From Fibrobacter sp. (GTDB taxonomy: Bacteria; Fibrobacterota; Fibrobacteria; Fibrobacterales; Fibrobacteraceae), in contig JAFPWY010000007.1 in the NCBI GenBank assembly GCA_017412605.1, positions 180,239 to 244,238 on the forward strand: a stretch of 64,000 nt of DNA, read 5' to 3'. The notes beneath the pieces were generated by a model. That model ran no database searches. It saw only the letters and a list, made by a program, of their open reading frames with translations, and had not been told where the DNA came from. Shown piece by piece: positions 10,801 to 17,290 of this stretch (within the stretch, counting starts at the first letter, position 1; every line of letters begins with the position of its first letter). The translations under genes were made by a program, and so were the position numbers.

Positions 10801-11053
10801 TGTTCTTGAGTTTCAGGATTGCATTGCGCAAATTCTCTTCGCTAAAGTCACGACGGACACCCTTGTGCGTAAATGAGTTCAACTTACGCAACTGCGAGAG
10901 CAGAATATCTTCGAGCAACACATTGGCAAGCTTGTCCTTACGCTCCAATGTCACCTCTTCGGGCGTAAGCGGCTTGAACCCGAGATTCGCCAGCAGCCGC
11001 ATCGCCGGAATCTGCGATGTCGGAATTTCTCTGTAATCAGGCTGTTGTTGCAT
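7826..11053 (-). CDS. hsdR: type I restriction endonuclease subunit R
   Basis: PDIVLFVNGIPFAVIENK nuclease motif, WHTQGSGKS Walker A, DEAHR, GFTGTP, DKLLTGFD, LLQAIARVNR. Confidence 0.97.
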   Translation of the reverse strand: MQQQPDYREIPTSQIPAMRLLANLGFKPLTPEEVTLERKDKLANVLLEDILLSQLRKLNSFTHKGVRRDFSEENLRNAILKLKNMQYDGLVRTNAKIYDLLTLPQSEEESVEGDKRSYDIRYIDWQEPANNVFHAVAEFDVECSKSNARVIPDIVLFVNGIPFAVIENKSPEEGIKQGISQMIRNQGDEYIPGLFVFCQALLSVSMNAATYSTVGTPEKFWSLWHELEIKDKEIEAAINKKVSAEDEDRIFSVPKLAPFRKNNPQTKRVVTEQDRLIYCLCKPERLLEIAYRFTLFDEGIKKIARYQQFFVVHSALKRIRNIGNENKRKGGLVWHTQGSGKSLSMVMLARGIVLDSTYDPDCNIKNPRVVLVTDRKELDSQICDTFKNCGAEVIKATSGENLLNLMASDNSAVITTVINKFDKALNKRQYVEKSNNIFLLVDEAHRTQYKSLHARMKQMLPNACYIGFTGTPLMKKEKNSFGKFGGMLKPSYTIRQANEDGAVVPLLYEGRHAELKQDKAAIDLWFERFTAGLSDKQKADLKKKYARAEMLNKAERVVYMRAFDISEHFRANWKDTPFKAQLVAPSKETAILYHEFLDEIGHVSSEVIISGPDEREGYSEVGEEPTSRVTKFWTKMMDRYGDEDSYNKSIIDGFKGPGKPEILIVCDKLLTGFDAERNTVLYLCRTLKEHTLLQAIARVNRLFEENGKKKDFGYIVDYANVRDNLDTALVMYKALEGFDPEDLEGLLTDVSELVDKLPQLRSNLWDVFRGVKNKADPEQMERHLADEKRRNDFYKALRDFGKCLSIAMSSQKFLEKTPAEDMTRLRREFKMFSDMRVSVKHRYADDVDYSEYEPKIKKLLDTHIQSDNVVQTVAPVNILDPKFTQILSDDKGSYDARGKAASADTIAHMLKKTATEKMEEDPAFYEKFSKMIQDVIDSFQAGKISEDEYLSKVKGLEENFKSKKRDDVPAEISENEDAAAYYGVALTAFLYGNKCDTAEAKRLAVETALFVIEALKKHHKVQFWNDPDAQNRVRNELDDLLFDDICVRERFDWTNADIDSLEEKIMNVARRRSHE

Positions 11054-11066
11054 AGATTACCTCGTT

Positions 11067-11091
11067 GTCATCCCTGCAAATGCGAGAATTC
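11067..11091. repeat. degenerate REP-like palindrome upstream of hsdR
   Basis: GTCATCCCTGCAAATGCGAGAATTC resembles the GTCATYCCCGCGAARGCGGGAATCY palindrome family. Confidence 0.4.
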
Positions 11092-11162
11092 TTTTCAATG
11101 TCACAATTGGAGATGCAGTCTTGAAATTGTCAAAATCTTTTCTTCTTACAATCTTTTGAAAT

Positions 11163-12428
11163 TCAAATAGATCCATCTACGTCATCATTATTATTTGTAT
11201 CTTCATCATTCGCGCCTAATATTTCAGGATAACCTAAATCTCTTTGCATTTCCAAATCATCAAATCCATGTCTTGAATTCTTTAGTTTTGATTCATAAGA
11301 TGGAACGACAAGAGAATTAGTTAGGCGTTCTCCTAAATGATTTAAAAAACCAAGTCTTTCTGTACTGGGTGAGCATTTTGAAAATTCACTTATTCCTGAC
11401 CATGCTTCATATTCAGGCATTCTTATTGATTGTATAATATCTATAGCAGGTTTAAATGAATCCGTTAATCCCCTTACAGCTGAGAACGAGTCTAATACTC
11501 TTTCTGGGAAAATAGACGCTTTTAATGAAAGTCCAACCTCATCAATTGTTCTTTCCGCTGTATTTTTCTTTTCTTGTTCTGTGATATCAACTTTGTCTAA
11601 TTTAGCGATCGCATCGTTGAGAATTTTTTGCATTTCCTCGCATTTTTTCAAACATTCTTCACATTCATTTTGGGGAATAATTCGATTATGTGCAACATCA
11701 CACCGATATTCATATAATTTTTCCCAATTAGACTTAAATTTTTCTGAATCGCAATCAACGAGGACGTTGAAATATCTATCCCAATTGTTTTTTGGAATAA
11801 ACAATCTTAATTCCTTCTTTTCTTCTTCCGTAATCTCTTTATCGATACATTTTTTTAATTCGTCAACTATGCTACCACTCTTATCAGCATAAGGGATTGT
11901 TAGAAAATAAGAGAGTTGAATGAAATCAAGATGATAAAGACAATCATTATTCCATTTATATTCACCTTTTACAGTATTTTTTACATCTTGAGGTGTTGCT
12001 TCATACCATTTCATTCCCAAAGTTTCAAGCATAAATTTGGAAACCAATTTACGGATAGAATTTTCTAATGTATAAATATTTGAGTACAGTTTTTCGGAAC
12101 GATTTTTAGCAAAGTCATTTCGAAGTTCAAGAATTGCAATATTTTTCTGATTTTCATCTTTAATATTGCTAATTACCTGACGAAACATTTTTAATAATTT
12201 TGTGGGCTCGTTATCCGAATCAGATGAAAAAGTAATAGCATAAACAACACCTTCGGAATCTTTAGTCTTCTTTTCCGATATTTTGATCTTACTTTGTTCA
12301 TTTTCATAAGATAATGTGTCTTTGACTAAAGATAAGTCTGATGCGTCCAAGAACGACCTCAATTTCGCCTTGCTTTTGCATGTAACACACTTAGAGCTTA
12401 CTGAAAAAATGTATTCGATTTCTTTCAT
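11163..12428 (-). CDS. HEPN-domain protein (putative RNase effector)
   Basis: IYTLENSIRKLV..DFIQL..NWDRYF..WEKLYEYRCDVAHN: R-x4-H motif in a helical domain; AT-rich. Confidence 0.7.
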   Translation of the reverse strand: MKEIEYIFSVSSKCVTCKSKAKLRSFLDASDLSLVKDTLSYENEQSKIKISEKKTKDSEGVVYAITFSSDSDNEPTKLLKMFRQVISNIKDENQKNIAILELRNDFAKNRSEKLYSNIYTLENSIRKLVSKFMLETLGMKWYEATPQDVKNTVKGEYKWNNDCLYHLDFIQLSYFLTIPYADKSGSIVDELKKCIDKEITEEEKKELRLFIPKNNWDRYFNVLVDCDSEKFKSNWEKLYEYRCDVAHNRIIPQNECEECLKKCEEMQKILNDAIAKLDKVDITEQEKKNTAERTIDEVGLSLKASIFPERVLDSFSAVRGLTDSFKPAIDIIQSIRMPEYEAWSGISEFSKCSPSTERLGFLNHLGERLTNSLVVPSYESKLKNSRHGFDDLEMQRDLGYPEILGANDEDTNNNDDVDGSI

Positions 12429-12441
12429 GTCACACCTGCCT

Positions 12442-12522
12442 TTATTTTTCTCAACACTGTTCGGTAAGAAATTTTTGCATCAAACTTTGTTTCTGCCTTT
12501 TGAAATTCATAGATTGTTGCAT
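12442..12522 (-). pseudogene. decayed copy of the hsdS 3' end (81 bp)
   Basis: Translates MQQSMNFKRQKQSLMQKFLTEQC*EK* versus HsdS C-terminus MQQLENYKKQKQGLMQKLLTGQWRVK*; 61/81 nt identical to 14068-14148 by manual gap-free alignment. Confidence 0.85.
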
Positions 12523-12532
12523 AATTGAGCCC

Positions 12533-13294
12533 TTAAAAATCTTTTATATCAATAAAATTATAACCACGCAGCAATAGAACATTTAATTTCAAACACAAAT
12601 TATGATTGTTCTTCCATATTTCATCAACAGTAGAGATTGGTAAGCCTATAGACAAGTTATCATTGCAAAAGAGTTTAAATTCATTCTCTGATTTATCAAT
12701 CCATTCATAGGTCCATTCTGCCTGAGCATTTCCCATAGGAGTTGGATAAATACGAACCTTGCTCCGTTCAGGAATGAATTTCTTCAATTTAAGATACATC
12801 GCTCTTGTTTTATTATCCATCATTCTCTTTTCCACCTCTTCAAATATCATAAAATGATTGCCATATTCCGTTCGATACGGGAAACTATATTGTCGCCTAT
12901 CTCTATCTAGGCAAACGCCAACGAGGTTAATCGAAGGTTCAGTATTTACAGCAGCAATAAGATTGCCAGAAACCACAATTGGTACAACTTGAACATCTAT
13001 TTTGGGAGAAACCAAATCAAGAATATGTGTAAAAACACACTTCTTTATTTCTTCAGCATCAACATTAGGTGCAAAACCTGAAGCAACCCTTAAGCCATTT
13101 ATCTTTTTTTCAGCCACACCTATTAACAATGTTCCACCGTATGTATTGGCGAAAGCAGCCAAATCGATAGCGATATTATCAGGTTCTTTGAGATTAAACA
13201 TCTGCTTATAATCCCAATGAATTCCTTCTGGAGTCTCGCCCATGCGGATGAGACTTTCAAAATCTTGCGCAGTTTTAAAAGGTTTGTAAAGCAT
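12533..13294 (-). CDS. Schlafen/AlbA_2-domain protein with unknown C-terminal domain
   Basis: GETPEGIHWDYK..DLAAFANTYGGTLLIGVAE is a typical AlbA_2 signature. Confidence 0.8.
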   Translation of the reverse strand: MLYKPFKTAQDFESLIRMGETPEGIHWDYKQMFNLKEPDNIAIDLAAFANTYGGTLLIGVAEKKINGLRVASGFAPNVDAEEIKKCVFTHILDLVSPKIDVQVVPIVVSGNLIAAVNTEPSINLVGVCLDRDRRQYSFPYRTEYGNHFMIFEEVEKRMMDNKTRAMYLKLKKFIPERSKVRIYPTPMGNAQAEWTYEWIDKSENEFKLFCNDNLSIGLPISTVDEIWKNNHNLCLKLNVLLLRGYNFIDIKDF

Positions 13295-13296
13295 AA

Positions 13297-14058
13297 TTAA
13301 AACACTGTTTTTATAATAGAATCAACACCTTTTATCATCTCTTCAACATCTTCTTGCGTTGGCTCCCGTTTTGAATCATGATCGCACAAATTTCTGATAT
13401 CTCCAAGATGCTGAATTTTCCGAAAAATGATTAAATCGTACACATTTCCTGCCTTTAAAGCATCATTTAAAGGTGATATTGTATCTTTTTTGCAGGTCAA
13501 ATTATGATTCTTTAAAACTTGCGATAAATGTCTTTCTAAAACAACTCCAGCCATAGCTCCCGCTGCTCGCATAAACTTATTTTTGTTCAAAAGTCTCGCT
13601 GCATCAAGTTCATTGTCAAACAAGTCTGCTTGAACAAACTGCTGAATATCAAACAAGGAACTTTCAAATCGAGATTGAACTGATTTTAAAATATATAGCT
13701 GTTGCTTGAATTTCGGTATCGCATTTTTTTCTTCAAAAGAATCGTAAGGGAATAATTCAGGATTCTCTAGAGCATCAAGATAGTCTTTTATTTGGTAATT
13801 TTGAGAAGTTATTTTCTTTCTGTTTGAAGGAACTTCATAATATGATTTAAAATCATTCAAACGATCTGGTAATAATTGTTTAATGACAATCAATGATTCA
13901 GAATACCATGGCTGATATCCTGTACAAAAACAAAGGTCGTTTTTATTTAGCTCTCTGCGATCAATAGGTTCACATTCATTACAAATCGCTTTATACAGAG
14001 CGTCACCCAGCGAAATCAATCGGCTTAAATCGCTTTTGTACTTTTCTAAATTTGTCAT
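13297..14058 (-). CDS. HEPN-like (DUF4145-like) protein
   Basis: C-terminal AAGAMAGVVLERHL..LNDALK..LGDIRNLCDH (R-x4-H). Confidence 0.65.
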   Translation of the reverse strand: MTNLEKYKSDLSRLISLGDALYKAICNECEPIDRRELNKNDLCFCTGYQPWYSESLIVIKQLLPDRLNDFKSYYEVPSNRKKITSQNYQIKDYLDALENPELFPYDSFEEKNAIPKFKQQLYILKSVQSRFESSLFDIQQFVQADLFDNELDAARLLNKNKFMRAAGAMAGVVLERHLSQVLKNHNLTCKKDTISPLNDALKAGNVYDLIIFRKIQHLGDIRNLCDHDSKREPTQEDVEEMIKGVDSIIKTVF

Positions 14059-14067
14059 ACAATTCCC

Positions 14068-15231
14068 TTATTTAACTCGCCATTGCCCGGTGAGGAGTTT
14101 TTGCATCAAGCCTTGTTTCTGCTTTTTGTAATTTTCAAGTTGCTGCATGAGAAGCGTACTTTCTTGATTCATTGTATTTAAAACAGAGACAATTTTCTGT
14201 TGTTTCTTTAAATCAAACTTTGGAATTTTGATTTTACATAAATCACCAAATCCAACTGTTTCACGAACGCTTCCTTGAGCACTATTTTTTATGCGTTGTT
14301 TAGCTTCGCTAGAATTAAGCCAATGTAAAAGAAAATCAGAATCAAGTTGCTTTTGATCTCCGATTTCAAATACAGTATACATTGGACTGATTACAGCCTC
14401 TTTCCAATCGTTTAATCGTGCTATAGACCCAACATTTATTCTTGACGGATTGTATGCATATTGTCCTAAACGAACAATCTTGTAATTAGATAGGTTTTCG
14501 CTAGCAACTTTTCTATCAAATTGTTCTTCTGGCAAGACAAAACCCTTGCTGTTACTAACGCTTAATACCTGTTGAATTTTTTCATCTTTATTTCTTTCTG
14601 AAACTTCCGTCAAAAATGTTCCTAATTCAGCATATGCATCACTCGTTATTGAAGTGGCTAAGAAACAAGCATAGGAATTTTCTTTCGCTTCGACGAGTTT
14701 TTCCATTTTTTCAATGGCGGAGTCCCAGACTGAAAGCGTCGCCGCAATCTTCTTCTGTTCTTCAATCGGAGGCAAATCTAATGGTATCTTTTTGATAATT
14801 TCTGCACTTAAATTCTTTTGCCCTCCATCATTGCTCAAATTTCGAATATTTTCATAATGGAATAAAAAATATTGAAACAAATAAGGAGTCAACACTTCGT
14901 CTTCTTTCAAATGAAATGCTGCACAAGCTTGATTGATTGTCGCATCTATATCAAGAATAGCAACTTGTCCCCTAGTTTTTCCCTGCCCATACATAGCCAT
15001 CAACAATGTTCCTTTTGGAACAATCTTTGCAGAAGACTCATTTACACCTAATTCCGTAATATACTCATCTACCTGATCTTTTGAAATATGCCCGTTTTGA
15101 ATTTGAGCGGTTTTCACCCAAGGAATATTGCCATTCCAATATTCAGATTGCGTCCTCAAAGGTGTACCACCAGATGTCACTTTGGCGACATCCCCCAATT
15201 TCACTTTTTTCCATCCATTAGGCAGCATCAT
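14068..15231 (-). CDS. hsdS: type I RM specificity subunit S (two TRDs)
   Basis: LPNGWKKVKLGDV, SGGTP, IPWVKT, LPPIEEQKKIA, second TRD, KQKQGLMQKLLTG terminus. Confidence 0.95.
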   Translation of the reverse strand: MMLPNGWKKVKLGDVAKVTSGGTPLRTQSEYWNGNIPWVKTAQIQNGHISKDQVDEYITELGVNESSAKIVPKGTLLMAMYGQGKTRGQVAILDIDATINQACAAFHLKEDEVLTPYLFQYFLFHYENIRNLSNDGGQKNLSAEIIKKIPLDLPPIEEQKKIAATLSVWDSAIEKMEKLVEAKENSYACFLATSITSDAYAELGTFLTEVSERNKDEKIQQVLSVSNSKGFVLPEEQFDRKVASENLSNYKIVRLGQYAYNPSRINVGSIARLNDWKEAVISPMYTVFEIGDQKQLDSDFLLHWLNSSEAKQRIKNSAQGSVRETVGFGDLCKIKIPKFDLKKQQKIVSVLNTMNQESTLLMQQLENYKKQKQGLMQKLLTGQWRVK

Positions 15232-17290
15232 TCTTTACTCCTAAAATCTTATTTATAGTTCTAATCAAATAATGAAGTGAGAAAACACTTGGTGACAATG
15301 GGCGCTCAGCCTCATTGAACTCCCTTTTTGCCTCGTTCAATAGCCGTTCTAAGAATTCTTTTTCTTTCTCTAAACGGTTATGGTTTTCATATCTCTTTTC
15401 AATCGCTTTTCTCAATGTGCTATTTCGATCTCGCTTAACGCCTTTGTATACCTCGCAAAATTTAACAACATCAACATCTGAAAAACAAAAGACATCAGAT
15501 TCGCCATATTGCATTGATATTTGAGAACAAGCAAGATTAAACCCATCGTAATCATCTCCCAACAAACGTTGGCAAAAAGCGTTTATTGCAGCGTCCCGAC
15601 GTTCACTCGTTTTATTTTTCAAAATATTACATAAAAAGGCAAGAAATTGATCATTCTTTTCCTCATATACCTTATAAGTATCTAAAAAAGGTAGTCGTTC
15701 TTTCCAATCATCCATTCGTTCATCGTCAAGTTTATCCTGTATTGATTTAACGTATGAAATCATCTTTTCTTCAAATTCTTCAGCAGTAAATTCAAATGCA
15801 TTATTCTTAGCATACCAATATATTCTATAGAACAAATCCATTATAAGAGACGGACTTTTTAAAGTTTTTGTATTTTCTATACAATTATTAAAAATTTTGA
15901 GCGCTTTATTTCCTTCGTCATCATCCAAAAAAGACCACTCAAGCATTTTCTTTAAATACGCTTCTTCTTCTCCGCCATACCATATTGAAGTCTTTATAAG
16001 GTCATTAACTTTTTTAAAATCAACTTTGTTTTCAAGCAACCATTTTTTCCATATTTGCAACCATTCATTGGCAAACGAAGACTCGTGTAAGGAAGTAAAT
16101 TTTTCCACTCCTCCAAATAATTTCTGAAAATTTTCTTCTTCATCTGGTCTCTGATTGCAAGGAGCAATAGTCCATGTAACAGCAGTTGCTTTTTCATCTA
16201 GAGGATTTGTTTGTAGTTGTAATTTCCCCTTTTTCTGGTGACGTTCCAAAGCGTCATCCATAGCCTGAGTCATGACATTTGAAATTTTATTCGGCTTGAG
16301 TAAACCTAAATAATAAGCATATTGGTACACAAAAAAATCTGCAACTAGCAATTCATTGCATTTTCTTTTTTCTAAGTTCTCCTTCGAAATGTTTTTTATA
16401 AATCTTTGAAAATCGATTAGGGAGTGTTTTAGTGAACGAAAATTCGGCACACCGGAAGCATCAAATACATTAGCAACAATCCCTCGATAGTCCTTTAAGA
16501 AATTATATGCATCATTACCTAGAATGTGGTGTTCTTCGTTAAACCAACAGTTCCAAACATCATCAAATGTCGTTTGTATTTGGAATTCTTTACCTATTAC
16601 CTTTTCCTTAGTACTTGACAAATGGTGAAGAGTCGATTTATCTTCTTGACATTTTTGTGCTTCTTCCCATCTGTCCTTATCTGCAAGCAGAATACAAGGA
16701 ACATGCAAGTGTTCCACATAGTCGTTCAGATACCCCAATAATTCAGGAAGGGGCATGTCAGCTCGTTCAACATCGTCAAAAACGACAACGAGTTTTTTAT
16801 AGTTTTTTTTATCAATTCTGATTTTCTTTAGAAAATCATTTGAAAAAAACTTTAATGATTCCCCAACAGCTCTTCCCGTTGCGATTGCGGCTGGAAGTAC
16901 TACAGATGCCGCTGGCGCACCAGCTGCGATTGCTGCCGTCCCTATCTTTGCGCCAACAGCAACTACAGCAAGATTTCCTACCAGCGACACTGCATTAGGA
17001 TGACAAAATAACTTTCTTAGCCCTAACTTTGGGCGAAAAACCTCTTGAATTTTTTTGTCAATTTCATCGCGATTTTTCAGTCCAAATAAACTTACATACA
17101 CAACCGTATATTTTACGCAGTCTGTTAGCCAATCTTTTATTTCTTTTCTATCGCCACCAAGATACTGCCTAATGAAATATGTCTTGCCAGAGCCCCAACA
17201 GCCCGTAATCAACACAGCGTAATCGGGAGACTGCTCCTCATTCAGGTAATTATTCAGGAATTCTTTAATGTGCTTGTTGCTATTCTCCAT
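15218..17290 (-). CDS. KAP-family P-loop NTPase
   Basis: YAVLITGCWGSGKTYF (Walker A), YVSLFGL, LVVVFDDVER (Walker B), KEKVIG; hydrophobic Gly/Ala insert within the NTPase domain. ATG at 17290 preferred over TTG at 17302. Confidence 0.85.
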   Translation of the reverse strand: MENSNKHIKEFLNNYLNEEQSPDYAVLITGCWGSGKTYFIRQYLGGDRKEIKDWLTDCVKYTVVYVSLFGLKNRDEIDKKIQEVFRPKLGLRKLFCHPNAVSLVGNLAVVAVGAKIGTAAIAAGAPAASVVLPAAIATGRAVGESLKFFSNDFLKKIRIDKKNYKKLVVVFDDVERADMPLPELLGYLNDYVEHLHVPCILLADKDRWEEAQKCQEDKSTLHHLSSTKEKVIGKEFQIQTTFDDVWNCWFNEEHHILGNDAYNFLKDYRGIVANVFDASGVPNFRSLKHSLIDFQRFIKNISKENLEKRKCNELLVADFFVYQYAYYLGLLKPNKISNVMTQAMDDALERHQKKGKLQLQTNPLDEKATAVTWTIAPCNQRPDEEENFQKLFGGVEKFTSLHESSFANEWLQIWKKWLLENKVDFKKVNDLIKTSIWYGGEEEAYLKKMLEWSFLDDDEGNKALKIFNNCIENTKTLKSPSLIMDLFYRIYWYAKNNAFEFTAEEFEEKMISYVKSIQDKLDDERMDDWKERLPFLDTYKVYEEKNDQFLAFLCNILKNKTSERRDAAINAFCQRLLGDDYDGFNLACSQISMQYGESDVFCFSDVDVVKFCEVYKGVKRDRNSTLRKAIEKRYENHNRLEKEKEFLERLLNEAKREFNEAERPLSPSVFSLHYLIRTINKILGVKNDAA

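Noticed and set aside
13600-13650. QADLF (HEPN-like protein) and C-terminal TLDLF (17290-17320) as beta-clamp-binding motifs
   Set aside because: QADLF looks embedded in a helix of the fold and TLDLF lacks the key Gln; too weak without conservation data.
15218-15250. KAP C-terminus (ILGVKNDAA) as a relic of an hsdM 3' end
   Set aside because: Resemblance limited to a few residues; no DNA similarity to this hsdM's end.
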